Below, piece after piece: positions 1 through 10,517 of a stretch of DNA of 64,000 nt. The translations under genes were made by a program, and so were the position numbers. Within the stretch, counting starts at the first letter, position 1; each line of letters begins with the position of its first letter. The DNA comes from an uncultured Planctomycetaceae bacterium (lineage in GTDB: Bacteria > Planctomycetota > Phycisphaerae > SM23-33). The notes below the pieces were generated by a model that worked only from the letters and a program-made list of their open reading frames with translations, was not told the DNA's origin and searched no databases. The stretch covers positions 326-64,325 of the forward strand of contig CAYRZU010000008.1 of NCBI GenBank assembly GCA_964428895.1, written 5' to 3'.

Positions 1-1867
1 CGTACACGCCGTTGGCGCTGAAGCGCACGATGAATCCGTCGAAGGTGCCGCCGCTAAAGACGGTGGCCCATCCGCCGGAGACCCAACCGGTCGAGGAGGT
101 GTAGCCGGCGGCGTAGATGTTGCCGTTGGCGTCGGCGGTCAGGGCCTGGACGTCGTCGAGGTTTGAGCCGCCCACGTAGGTACTCCACATATGGGCGCCG
201 GTGGTCCGCATGGCGAAGACATAGCCGTCGGTGTTGCCGTTGTAGGTGGTGTCCCATCCGCCGACGGGCCAGGGGGTGGAGGTGGTCGTGCCGCCGACAT
301 AGATGCGGTTGTTGATGCCGACGGTAACGCTGTTGGCCTCCTCCACACCGGTTCGGCCCAGGTAGCGCGACCAGATCAATCGTCCGCCGAAGGCGAACTT
401 GGCCAGGAAGCCGTCTTGCGTGCCGCTGAGGGTCAAGTCCGCGCCGCGGAGCGTCCAGCCGGCCGAGCGTGTATTGCCGCAGACCAGGATGTCGTTGCCG
501 GGCAGGCGATTGTCGACCGCGACGGACTGGGCGGAGTCGATTTGGGCGCCGCCGAGGTAGCTGCCGCGGAGGAGTTGGCCGTTGATCCAGAGGCGCGCGT
601 AGAAGCCGTCCTGATTGCCGCCGTAGGTGGTGTCCGGCCCGGTGGTGATCCAGCCGGCCGAGTTGGTCAGGCCGGAGACGTGGACCGCTTCGTTGATGGA
701 GGCGTCGACGCCGGTGGCTTCATCGAGGCCCGTCCCGCCCAGGTAGCCGCTCCAGACGAACTTGCCGGTTTGGCGCATCCGCAGCACGAACGCGTCGCGG
801 GCGCCGTTATATGTCTGGTCGATGGCCGTGCCGGAGGTCCAGCCGGCCGATTCGGTCCAGCCAACCACGTAGACGCGGCCGCCCGGGCTGACGGTGACGC
901 CGGTGGCTTCATCGGCTTGGGTGCCGCCCACGTAGGTCGTCCACAGGCGAACGGTCTTGCGGGTGTATTTGATGACGAACGCGTCGCCGTTGCCGCCGTA
1001 GATGACGTCCCATCCGCCGGTGACCCAGCCGATCGAGAAGGTGCTGCCGACGGCGTAGAGGGCGTTGCCGGCGTCGCGGGTGATGGCGAGGGTGGTGTCG
1101 ACGCCGTCGAGCCCCATGTAGGATCCCCAGGCCAGGATGGGGTCGATGGCCAGGTCGGCCGAGGGGTCAACGTCGCCCAGGTCGAAGCGGACGGCCCCGT
1201 CGTCGGCGATCACGAACGCGCTATCAACGGCCACGCGGACACCGTCGATCTCCTGGTAGGCGATGGGCGCATCGTCGATCAGTTCGCCGTCGCCGAGGTC
1301 CACGTGCAGGGCGCCGTCTTCATCCAGATAGACATCTTCGGCGCCGTCAAAGCGGACCGCGATCTGGGATGCGTCGGCCCCGGCGGCGAGGTGGTATTCG
1401 TACTTGAGGTTGGCCGGCTGACCGGAGACCCACAGGTCGATGCCGTCGTAGAGGCCTTCGTAGGCGAGCGTGCCGAAGGCGCGGGCGCCGTCGACCCAGC
1501 GCGAGACGTCCGAGCCCACGTGATAGTTGAATCGGCCAGGCTGGATGTCCAGGCCCACCGGGGCGATCGCCTGGGCGCCGTCGAAACGGATGTTGACGGT
1601 CTCGGCCGGCGCGTCGTCGGCGCCCAGGCCGACAAAGCTGAGCCCCTCGGCCGTCGCGGCCACGGCCGTGCTACCGGCGCGGTAGATGTAATGAACGTCC
1701 GCCTCCCACTGGCCGACGTTCTGGACGAACTCAGCCGGGGTGGGGTCGATGGCGTCGATCGCAGCCGCATCCAACATCCGACGCGGTTCGAGGGACTCCA
1801 GGCGAGGCCCCAGGGGTCGGTCGTGATCGGTCCGGGCCGTTGCGGTGCTGCGACGCGTCAAGAACAT
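1..1867 (-). CDS. SBBP-repeat beta-propeller exoprotein, paralog 1 (3' end runs off the window)
   Basis: ATG at 1867 gives MFLTRRSTATARTDHDRPLGPRLESLEPRRMLDAAA (planctomycete LEPR-xLL-type motif). It continues into EFVQNVGQW and repeated WSTYxGG/DGF blades, and is still in frame at the window edge. Confidence 0.85.
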   Translation of the reverse strand, partial: MFLTRRSTATARTDHDRPLGPRLESLEPRRMLDAAAIDAIDPTPAEFVQNVGQWEADVHYIYRAGSTAVAATAEGLSFVGLGADDAPAETVNIRFDGAQAIAPVGLDIQPGRFNYHVGSDVSRWVDGARAFGTLAYEGLYDGIDLWVSGQPANLKYEYHLAAGADASQIAVRFDGAEDVYLDEDGALHVDLGDGELIDDAPIAYQEIDGVRVAVDSAFVIADDGAVRFDLGDVDPSADLAIDPILAWGSYMGLDGVDTTLAITRDAGNALYAVGSTFSIGWVTGGWDVIYGGNGDAFVIKYTRKTVRLWTTYVGGTQADEATGVTVSPGGRVYVVGWTESAGWTSGTAIDQTYNGARDAFVLRMRQTGKFVWSGYLGGTGLDEATGVDASINEAVHVSGLTNSAGWITTGPDTTYGGNQDGFYARLWINGQLLRGSYLGGAQIDSAQSVAVDNRLPGNDILVCGNTRSAGWTLRGADLTLSGTQDGFLAKFAFGGRLIWSRYLGRTGVEEANSVTVGINNRIYVGGTTTSTPWPVGGWDTTYNGNTDGYVFAMRTTGAHMWSTYVGGSNLDDVQALTADANGNIYAAGYTSSTGWVSGGWATVFSGGTFDGFIVRFSANGVY

Positions 1868-1995
1868 AGCACACTCTCATTCCAGGAGGACGATGTGGAG
1901 CCGTCGCGCTGACGGCTGCCTCCGAGCTTATCGGCAATTATACCGCACGTTCACCGACATCTCTTGGGCCAAACCGGTCCCTCGCGCCACCGGGC

Positions 1996-4029
1996 CTATC
2001 GCTTGGCCCAGAGGGCAAAGCCGTCGGTCGTGCCGGTCAGGGAGGTATCGAACCCGCCGGTCAGCCAGCCGGACGACATGGTGCCACCCACGATGTGAAT
2101 GCCGTTGAAGGTGTCGGGCACCACGCCGTAGGCGCGGTCGAGGGCGCCGCCGCCCATGTAGCTGCTCCACTTGTGCGTTCCCATGGAGGTGAATCGGGCT
2201 GCAAATCCGTCGTCAACACCGTTGCTGGAGGTATCCCACCCGCCGGTGGCCCATCCGGCGCTGTTGCTGTGGCCGACGACGTAGACGTCGCCGCGCGAAT
2301 CGGCTGTGATGCCGTTGCCCTGGTCGGTGCCCGTGCCGCCCAAATAGGTGCTCCAGAGGTGCTGGCCGGTGGTCTTCATGCCGTAGACAAACCCGTCGCC
2401 GGTGGTGGCGTAGGAGGTGTCCCAGCCGCCGGAGGCCCAGGAGGCCGAGTGAGTGATCCCGGCGACATAGACCTTGTTGTTGGCGCCGACCGTGACGGCC
2501 AGGGCCCTTTCCTGTCCGCTGCCGCCGATGTAACGGCTCCAGACGTGCCTGCCGCCGGCGGCAAACTTGGTCAGGAAGCCGTCGGAATCGCCATTGAGGG
2601 TGGTGTCCTTGCCTTTCTTGGCCCAGCCAGCCGACCAGGTTTCCCCGCAGACCAGCACGTCGCCGCGGCCGTCGACCGCGACGCCTTCGGCCTTATCCGC
2701 GTTGCCTCCGCCCAGGTAGCTTCCCCGGAGCAGCAGGCCGTTGACCCACACGCGGGCGTAGAAGCCGTCGCTCGTTCCGCCGTTATGGGTGGTGTCCGGC
2801 CCTTTGGGAATCCATCCGGCCGACGCGGTTTGGCCGGCGATGTGGACGGCCTCATTGGACGAGCACGTTACGGCCTTGGCTTCGTCGCTGCCCGATCCGC
2901 CCATGAAGCAGCTCCACGCATGCGTGCCGGTGCGCCGCAACCGGACGATGAAGATATCGCGGCTGCCGTTGTGGGTATGGTCGCCCACCCCGCCGCTGGT
3001 CCAATTGTCGCCGGTGGAAAAACCGACCACGTACACCCGCCCGGCGTTGCTGATGGCGATGCCGAAGGCTTCGTCTCGGCTGTCGCCGCCCAGGTAGGTG
3101 CTCCACAGGCGCGTGCCTTTGCGGGTGTACTTGATGACAAAGGCGTCGTTGTTGCCCCCGTAGGTGGTGTCGAAGCCGCCGGAGATCCAGCCGGTGCTGG
3201 TGGTGTAGCCGGTGGCGTAGACGCACTTGTAGGCGTCCAAGGTGACGGCGTAGGCGGTCTCCCCACCGCTGCCGCCGATGTAGGCGCCCCATTGAAGGCT
3301 GGGGTCGATCACCAGGTCGGCCGTCGGGTCGTAAGCGCCGAGTGTGAAGCTCACGCCGCCGTCAGCGCCGACGGCGAAGGCGCTGGCGACCGCCACGCGG
3401 ACGCCGTCGATGTCCTGGTAAGCGATGGGCGCATCATCAATCAGTTCGCCTTCGCCGAGGTCGACGTGGAGCGCGCCGGTGTCATCGATGGTGATGTCTT
3501 CAGCGCCGTCGTAACGGACGATGATGTCGGCTGGGCTGGCCCCGGGGGCGAGGTGATATTCGTACTTGAGGTTGGCGGCGCCCCCGGAGACGAACAGATC
3601 GACGCCGTCGTAGAGACGTTCGTAGGTGATGGTGGCGAAGGCGCGCGCGCCGTCGATCCACCGGCTGCTGTCAGCGCCGACGTGGTAGTTGAATCGTCCG
3701 GGCGTTTGGTCCAGGCCGACCGGGGCGACCGCCGCGGCGCCGTCGAACCGCATGTTGACGGCCTCGGCCAGAATGTCAGCCTCTTCGGCGCCGGGTCGGA
3801 AGCCGACGAACGATAGGCCCCGCTCGGTAAAGGCTACGTTGGCGCCGCGCGTTCGGTAGACGTAGTGGATCTCGGTATCCCACTGGCCCAGATTCTCTAC
3901 GAACTCGGCCGTGGCGGATTGACCCACCGGCACGGGCGCGGCCGCGTCCAACATCTTTCGGGGTTCGAGCGTTTCCAGGCGCGGTTGGTGGTGTCCTCGG
4001 GCCTTGGCGGGGCGTTGTCTGACGAACAT
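1996..4029 (-). CDS. SBBP-repeat beta-propeller exoprotein, paralog 2
   Basis: AGGAGG RBS before ATG 4029; LETLEPRKMLD motif; FVENLGQW...DLVIDP N-terminal domain; repeated 'WSTYLGG..D.A..I/V..D..G.VYV.G' blades. Confidence 0.9.
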   Translation of the reverse strand: MFVRQRPAKARGHHQPRLETLEPRKMLDAAAPVPVGQSATAEFVENLGQWDTEIHYVYRTRGANVAFTERGLSFVGFRPGAEEADILAEAVNMRFDGAAAVAPVGLDQTPGRFNYHVGADSSRWIDGARAFATITYERLYDGVDLFVSGGAANLKYEYHLAPGASPADIIVRYDGAEDITIDDTGALHVDLGEGELIDDAPIAYQDIDGVRVAVASAFAVGADGGVSFTLGAYDPTADLVIDPSLQWGAYIGGSGGETAYAVTLDAYKCVYATGYTTSTGWISGGFDTTYGGNNDAFVIKYTRKGTRLWSTYLGGDSRDEAFGIAISNAGRVYVVGFSTGDNWTSGGVGDHTHNGSRDIFIVRLRRTGTHAWSCFMGGSGSDEAKAVTCSSNEAVHIAGQTASAGWIPKGPDTTHNGGTSDGFYARVWVNGLLLRGSYLGGGNADKAEGVAVDGRGDVLVCGETWSAGWAKKGKDTTLNGDSDGFLTKFAAGGRHVWSRYIGGSGQERALAVTVGANNKVYVAGITHSASWASGGWDTSYATTGDGFVYGMKTTGQHLWSTYLGGTGTDQGNGITADSRGDVYVVGHSNSAGWATGGWDTSSNGVDDGFAARFTSMGTHKWSSYMGGGALDRAYGVVPDTFNGIHIVGGTMSSGWLTGGFDTSLTGTTDGFALWAKR
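3557..3771. repeat. 215-bp exact direct repeat, copy A (copy B at 5607-5821)
   Basis: Base-for-base identical to 5607-5821 (offset 2050); the flanks differ at many positions. Confidence 0.9.
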
Positions 4030-4048
4030 GATTGCCTCCTGCACGGGC

Positions 4049-6094
4049 CTATCGTTTGGCCCAGAGGGTAAAGCCGTCCGTGTAGCCGGTCAGGACGTCG
4101 TCGCCGCCGCCGGTGAGCCAGCCGGCGGAGGCCGTCTGGCCGACGATATGAACGCCGTTGAAGGTGTCGGGCACCACGCCATAGGCGTAGTCGGCGTCGG
4201 TTCCTCCCAGGAAGGAACTCCAACGGTGGGCCCCCATGGCGGAGAATCGCGCCACGAACCCGTCCGTGTCGCCGTTGTAGGTGGTGTCCCATCCGCCGGA
4301 GGTCCACCCGCCCAACCCGGTCTCGCCGACGACGTAGACATCGCCGCGGTTGTCCACGGTGATGGCGTGGCCGATGTCGTCCTGGGTCCCGCCAAGGTAG
4401 GTGCTCCACAGGTGCTGGCCGGTGGTCTTCATGGCGTAGACGAACCCATCCTTGGCGCCGTCATACGTCGTGTCCCATCCGCCGGAAATCCAGGAGTCCG
4501 AGAAGGTCTCTCCGGTAACGTAGATCTTGTTGTTGGCGCCGATGGCGACGGCGAAGGCTTGATCGCCGGCAGACCCTCCGATGAAGCGCGACCAGACGTG
4601 GCGTCCGCTGGCGGCGAACTTGGTCAGGAAACCGTCGGAATTGCCGCCTAAGGTGGTGTCCTTGCCCTTCTTGACCCAACCGGACGATTCAGTGTAGCCG
4701 CAGACCAGCGCGTCGCCGCGGCCGTCGACGGCAATTCCGTTGGCCCGTTCGATATTGGCTCCGCCGAGGTAACTGCCGCGGAGCGTCTTTCCGTTGACCC
4801 ACAGGCGGGCGTAGAAGCCGTCGCCGCCGCCGGCGTAGGTGGTGTCCGAGCCTTTGGTGATCCAGCCGGACGACCAGGTTTCCCCGGCGACGTGGATGGC
4901 TTCGTTGGCCGAGCAGGCGATGGCGTGAGTCTTGTCCCAGCCCGCCCCGCCGAGGTAGCAGCTCCAAACATGTGTGCCCGTTTGCCTCAGTCTGGCCACG
5001 AAGCCGTCCCAGCTACCGTTGTGGCTGTGGTCGCCCACCCCGCCGCTGGCCCACCCACCGGCATCGGTCCGGCCGGCAACATAGATCCTCCCGGCGTCGC
5101 TGACGGCGATGCCGAAGCCCGCGTCGTAGTCGCTGCCGCCGAGATACGTACTCCACAGGCGCGTGCCTTTGCGGGTGTATTTGATGACGAAGGCGTCGCC
5201 GTTGCCGCCGTAAGTGGTGTCGAAGCCGCCGATGGTCCAGCCGGGACTGCTGGTGTAGCCCGTGGTGTAGACGCACCTGTTGGCGTCCATGGTGGTGGCA
5301 AGGGCCGTCTCGAGCGTGATACCGCCGATGTAGGCGCCCCACTGGACGGCCGGGTCGATGACCAGGTCGACCGTCGGGTCGTACTCGCCCAGGGCAAAGC
5401 TCACCGCGCCGTCGGCGCCGATTGCGAACGCGCTGTCGACGGCCACGCGGACGCCGTCGATGTTCTGGTAGCTGACTGGGGCGTCGTCGATCAGTTCGCC
5501 TTCACCCAGATCGACGTGCAGCGCGCCGGCGTCGTCGAGATAGACATCCTCGGCGCCGTCGTAGCGGACGACGATGTCGCCCGGGTCGGCCCCGGCCGCG
5601 ACGTGGTATTCGTACTTGAGGTTGGCGGCGCCCCCGGAGACGAACAGATCGACGCCGTCGTAGAGACGTTCGTAGGTGATGGTGGCGAAGGCGCGCGCGC
5701 CGTCGATCCACCGGCTGCTGTCAGCGCCGACGTGGTAGTTGAATCGTCCGGGCGTTTGGTCCAGGCCGACCGGGGCGACCGCCGCGGCGCCGTCGAACCG
5801 CATGTTGACGGCCTCGGCCAGGAGGTCGGTCTCATTCGCGCCGGGTCGGAAACCCACGAAGCTCAGCCCTTCTTCGGTGAAGGCCACGTTGGCGTTGCCG
5901 GTTCGGTAGAGGTAGTGGATCTCGGAGTCCCACTGGCCCAGATTCTCCACGAAGTCGGCGGTCGTGGTCTGGAGCATCGGGACGGGCGTGGCCGCATCCA
6001 ACATTCGTCGGGGTTCGAGCGTTTCCAGGCAGGGGGTGCGATGGGGCCGGTTTCCCGATCCGTCCTGCCCGGCCCGGTGCTTGTGGATAAACAT
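4049..6094 (-). CDS. SBBP-repeat beta-propeller exoprotein, paralog 3
   Basis: 681 aa ORF, colinear with paralog 2; LETLEPRRMLD motif; ends FTLWAKR. Confidence 0.9.
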   Translation of the reverse strand: MFIHKHRAGQDGSGNRPHRTPCLETLEPRRMLDAATPVPMLQTTTADFVENLGQWDSEIHYLYRTGNANVAFTEEGLSFVGFRPGANETDLLAEAVNMRFDGAAAVAPVGLDQTPGRFNYHVGADSSRWIDGARAFATITYERLYDGVDLFVSGGAANLKYEYHVAAGADPGDIVVRYDGAEDVYLDDAGALHVDLGEGELIDDAPVSYQNIDGVRVAVDSAFAIGADGAVSFALGEYDPTVDLVIDPAVQWGAYIGGITLETALATTMDANRCVYTTGYTSSPGWTIGGFDTTYGGNGDAFVIKYTRKGTRLWSTYLGGSDYDAGFGIAVSDAGRIYVAGRTDAGGWASGGVGDHSHNGSWDGFVARLRQTGTHVWSCYLGGAGWDKTHAIACSANEAIHVAGETWSSGWITKGSDTTYAGGGDGFYARLWVNGKTLRGSYLGGANIERANGIAVDGRGDALVCGYTESSGWVKKGKDTTLGGNSDGFLTKFAASGRHVWSRFIGGSAGDQAFAVAIGANNKIYVTGETFSDSWISGGWDTTYDGAKDGFVYAMKTTGQHLWSTYLGGTQDDIGHAITVDNRGDVYVVGETGLGGWTSGGWDTTYNGDTDGFVARFSAMGAHRWSSFLGGTDADYAYGVVPDTFNGVHIVGQTASAGWLTGGGDDVLTGYTDGFTLWAKR
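5607..5821. repeat. 215-bp exact direct repeat, copy B
   Basis: Identical to 3557-3771. Confidence 0.9.
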
Positions 6095-6119
6095 AAGGGT
6101 CTCCGTGAAGCCGTGGGCC

Positions 6120-8082
6120 TCACCGCTTGGTCCAGAGGGTAAAGCCGTCCTGGTCGCCGCTGAGGACGTTGTCGAACCCGCCGGTCAGCCAGCCAGACGA
6201 GAACGTGACGCCGACGATGTGAACGCCGTTGTAGGTGTCCGGGGCCACGGCCCAGGCGCGATCAAATTCCCCGCCGCCCATGTAGGTGCTCCAGCGATGG
6301 GTCCCCATGGACGTGAAGCGGGCGGCGAATCCGTCGGTACTGGTGTTGTAGGAGGTGTCCCATCCGCCGGAGGGCCATCCGCCGCCGCTGCCGGTGTCGC
6401 CGACGACATAGACGTCTCCGCGCGAATCCGTGGTGATGCCCCATGCCGCGTCCGACCCGCCGCCTCCCAAATACGTGCTCCAAAGGTGCTGGCCGGTGGT
6501 CTTCATGGCGTAGACGAACGCGTCGCCGACGGAGGAGTAGCTGGTGTCCCACCCGCCGGAGGCCCAGCTCGCCGAGTGGGTCTTGCCGGCCACGTAGATC
6601 TTGTTGTTGGCGCCGATGGCCACGCTGTTGCCGTAATCGCCGCCGCTGCCGCCGATATGGCGGGTCCACACGTGCTTGCCGCCGGCGGCGAACTTGGTCA
6701 GGAAGCCGTCTTGCGTGCCGCCCAAGGTGGTGTCTTTGCCTCGGATGGCCCAGTTGTCGGACCAGGTCTCGCCGCAGACAAGCACGTCACCTCGGCCGTC
6801 AACGGCGACGCCGTTGGCCATGTCGTTCGCCGACCCGCCGATGTAACTGCCGCGGAGGGTCCTCCCGTTGACCCACATTCGCGCGTAGAAGCCGTCGTCG
6901 GCGCCATTGTGGGTGGTGTCCGGGCCCTTAGTGATCCAGCCGGCCGAGGTGGTCTCGCTGGCGATGTGGACGGCCTCATTGGGTGAGCAGACGACCGCGT
7001 TGGCTTCGTCCGAGCCCGTTCCGCCCAGGAAGCAACTCCACACGTGGGTGCCGGTCCGCCGCAGGCGCGCCACGAAGGCGTCTCGGCTGCCGTTGTGGGT
7101 GTGGTCGCCCACGCCGCCGGAGGTCCAGTTGTTTCCGTCCGTGCGCCCGACCACGTACAGGCGCCCGGCGTCGCTGAGGGCCACCCCGTAGGCGTAGTCG
7201 GTGTCCGTGCCGCCCAAGTAGGTGCCCCACAGGCGCACACCCTTGCGGGTGTATTTGAGGACGAACGCGTCCTGGTTGCCGTTGTGGCTCATGTCGAATC
7301 CGCCGGAGAACCACGCGGTGGCCGACATCGTGTAGCCGACCGCATAGACGCATCGGTCGGAGTGGAGGGTCACGTCATAGGCGACTTCAACATCGCTGCC
7401 GCCGACGTAAGCGCCCCATTGGACGGCCGGGTCGATCACCAGGTCGACCGTCGGGTCATAGTCGCCCAGCGTGAAGCCGACGGCGCCGTTGTCGCCGATT
7501 GCGAACGCGCTATCGACGGCCACGCGGACGCCGTCGATGTCTTGGTAGGCGATGGGTGCGTCGTCGATCAGTTCGCCTTCGCCGAGATCGACGTGCAACG
7601 CGCCGGCGTCATCGACCGTGACACCCTCGGCCCCGTCGTAGCGGACCAGAATGTCACCCGGGTCGGCACCGGGCGCGACGTGGTATTCGTATTTCAAGTT
7701 GGCGCTGCCGCCGGAGACAAACAGATCGACGCCGTCGTACAGCCCGTCATAAGCGACCGTGCCGAACACTCGGGCTCGGTCGACCCAGCCGGACGGGTCG
7801 TCCCCGAGATGGTAGTTGTAGCGCATGCGCGCAACGTCCAGACCGGTTGGCGCCACAGCCGCGGCGCCGTCGAACCGCATGTTGACGGCCTCGGCCAGGA
7901 GGTCGGCGCTATCGCCCTCTTGGCGGTAACCCACGAACGACAGGCCTTGCTCGGTGAAGGCCACGTTGGCGCCGCGGGTGCGGTAGAGATAGTGGATCTC
8001 GGAATCCCACTGCCCGAGGTTCTCCACGAACTCCGCAGCCGCTGACCGCGCGCTGCCCGGATGTGCGTCGTCGGACGATCAT
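6120..8082 (-). pseudogene. SBBP-repeat exoprotein, paralog 4, with N-terminal deletion/frameshift
   Basis: GGGAG RBS and ATG 8082 (MIVRRRTSGQRA) are out of frame with the body (SAAAEFVENLGQW, ORF 6120..8027). The LEPR motif segment is missing. Confidence 0.7.
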
Positions 8083-8304
8083 GATCGTCTCCCGCAAGAG
8101 GTTCAGACATCTGCTGCCCTGGTCGAAGGGGTCCCTCCCTTCCTGGACATCCCTGATCTGCGGCGGCCACAAAATACCCGATTGCCACCATTGAGTATTC
8201 TACGGATAACGGCCTCGCTCCGCAAGATCGGCCGGTCGTTGCGGGGCGCCTGCGGCCCACATAGCCTCTGGTCGCCGGCCGCTCGTGGCGGTAGACTCTT
8301 CGCC

Positions 8305-9654
8305 ATGGCTGACAAAGACAATGTCCAATTCTTCGAGGCCGATCTGGCTCAGCATCTCATCTTCACCCCCCACGAGCAGGTCGTGCTCAACACCATCAAT
8401 CAACAAGTGGCTGAGGAAAGCTCCCTGGCCGACATCCTGGACTTCCTGTTCGCCGCGACGCAGGAGGTCTGCCCCTGCGATCGGTTGGCGCTGGGGTTCG
8501 TGGAGGACGAAGCCGCCCGAATCGTCTCCGGCGAGGTCCGAACCAACTACGAGCCCGTGATGCTCCAGAAGGGCTACGCCGAGGACCTGTCCACGTCCAG
8601 CCTGGCTCACGTGATCGACAACAGCGAGGTCCGCCTGATCCGCGACCTGAAGACCTATCACGACGATCATCCCGAAAGCCGCACCACCGGGCTGGTCCTG
8701 AAGGAAGGCATTCGGTCGTCGATGACGTGTCCGCTCCGCGTGGCCGGCCGAAACGTGGGCGTGCTGTTCCGCAGCTCGACCAAACCCAACGCCTACGACC
8801 CGCAAGCGGTGGGCATGCACCTGGCGGTGACCGAACGCGTCAGCCGCGCCGTTGAACGCGCTTACACCAACGCCAAAGCCGCCCGGGCCTACAACTCCTA
8901 CATGGAGATGCTCAGCTTCGTCACCCACGAACTGAAGAGCCCGGTTTCGTCGATCATCATGGACGCCGACATGCTGCTGCAGGGCTACATGGGCGACCTG
9001 GAAGAAAAGCAAAAGCAACGCATCGAGCGCATGGTCAGCCGCGGCCGCTATCTGCTGAGCCTGGTCGGCGAATACCTCAACCTCTCGCGGATGGAAACCG
9101 GCGAACTGAAGCTCAACACTCGCGACGACGTCGACCCGATCGTCCAATTGGCCGAAAACGCCATCGACCTGATCGGCCCGCAACTGACCCAGCGCGAAAT
9201 GACGCTGGAGAAGGACTTCGGCTATTCCGGCGGCGACGTGGTGGAGTGCGACCCGGACCTGATGCAGATCGTGCTGGTCAACTTCCTATCCAACGGCGTC
9301 AAGTACGGCCGGCGGGGCGGCAAGATCCGCTTCACCGTAAAGCCGAAGGATGGGCACTGGCATATCAGTGTCTGGAACGAGGGGCCGGGCTTTTCGCCCG
9401 AGCAGCGGTTCAAGCTGTTCCACAAGTTCTCGCGCCTCGACGACCCCGAGCTGAAGCGCCAAAAGGGCACGGGTGTTGGTCTCTACACGGTCTGGCGCGT
9501 GGTGCAACTGCACGGCGGACGCGTCACCGCCAACAGCGAGCACGGCAGTTGGGCCGAGTTCTCCGTGGACATCCCCCAACCCCTGCCGGAAGTCGGCGAG
9601 ATCGAACCCGGCACCGGCGGCCAGCAGACCGAAGCCGACCAGACGTCGTCGTAG
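8305..9654 (+). CDS. GAF-domain sensor histidine kinase
   Basis: GAF-like N-terminus (SSMTCPLRVAGRNVGVL); H-box FVTHELKSPV; N-box NFLSNGVKY; G2 box KGTGVGL. Confidence 0.9.
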   Translation: MADKDNVQFFEADLAQHLIFTPHEQVVLNTINQQVAEESSLADILDFLFAATQEVCPCDRLALGFVEDEAARIVSGEVRTNYEPVMLQKGYAEDLSTSSLAHVIDNSEVRLIRDLKTYHDDHPESRTTGLVLKEGIRSSMTCPLRVAGRNVGVLFRSSTKPNAYDPQAVGMHLAVTERVSRAVERAYTNAKAARAYNSYMEMLSFVTHELKSPVSSIIMDADMLLQGYMGDLEEKQKQRIERMVSRGRYLLSLVGEYLNLSRMETGELKLNTRDDVDPIVQLAENAIDLIGPQLTQREMTLEKDFGYSGGDVVECDPDLMQIVLVNFLSNGVKYGRRGGKIRFTVKPKDGHWHISVWNEGPGFSPEQRFKLFHKFSRLDDPELKRQKGTGVGLYTVWRVVQLHGGRVTANSEHGSWAEFSVDIPQPLPEVGEIEPGTGGQQTEADQTSS

Positions 9655-9747
9655 GGCGGGCTGTGCCCGCCAGGTAACGGCAGCAGCGGCGAATACCTCA
9701 TGACATGAGGTATCGTCCGCTCGTAGCTAGTGGGGGCGCTCCCATCG

Positions 9748-10431
9748 TCAATAGACAAACGGGACAAAGGCCTTGGTGGTCTTGGCCCATTGATCGTATT
9801 GGTCGCCGTATCGCGCTTGCAGGTGCCGCGTCAGGGAGGGGATGAAGGCGAAGACGAACGCCGCCGCCAGAGCTGCGGGGATGATGGCCGACCAGGCGTT
9901 ACCGGTGACGATGGCCCAGGCCGTCACCCAAAGCGTGTCGCCGAAGTAGTTGATGTGCCTGGCGTAGCGGAACAGGCCGGCCGTGTACAGCCGCCCCTGG
10001 TTCTCGGGTCTGTCCTTGAACCGCTTGCGCTGCACTTCCGAGCCGGTGTTGAGAAAGCTGCCGACCACGAACAGCGCCACGGCGAGAACGTCCGCGATAT
10101 CGATGGGAGCTTGGCACGAGCCCCCCAGCAGGGCGAATACGATCTGATAGACGAACACCGCCATCAGCACGCCGCCCAGTTCGTTCCAGGCGAACTTCCG
10201 CTTAAGCAGCCAGAACAGGCCCAGGCCCATCCTCGCAAAGAGGACCACCCCGAACGAAAAGAGCACCACGCGCCGAGGGAGGTCGCCGTGGGATCGTTCC
10301 ATGCCAAACCAGCCGGCAGCGGTTCCGAGCCCGCCGCCGAAATAGAGCCACCCGGCTGCGGCAAGCAGGGCCGCATGAAGCCCCGTGCACACCCAGCGAC
10401 TTCTCTGAGATGTCTCCGCCTGTCCGTGCAT
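9748..10431 (-). CDS. DUF1295 / steroid 5-alpha-reductase-like membrane protein
   Basis: Multiple TM helices; GLFRYARHINYFGD motif. Confidence 0.85.
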   Translation of the reverse strand: MHGQAETSQRSRWVCTGLHAALLAAAGWLYFGGGLGTAAGWFGMERSHGDLPRRVVLFSFGVVLFARMGLGLFWLLKRKFAWNELGGVLMAVFVYQIVFALLGGSCQAPIDIADVLAVALFVVGSFLNTGSEVQRKRFKDRPENQGRLYTAGLFRYARHINYFGDTLWVTAWAIVTGNAWSAIIPAALAAAFVFAFIPSLTRHLQARYGDQYDQWAKTTKAFVPFVY

Positions 10432-10517
10432 AGTCCCGTCTCCTTCGCGGCAATTCTGCCCGGGCGACGGACCTGACGCAATCGGTTAGGCCGATCCCGA
10501 CCCGCGTTGGTCTGCGG

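Noticed and set aside
191-8045. Long + strand ORFs (573, 573, 416, 340 and 333 aa) opposite the SBBP genes
   Set aside because: Antisense shadows of high-GC3 genes with no recognisable motifs. The same applies to shadows over hcp, proS, pmbA, lolCE and the GH95-like gene.
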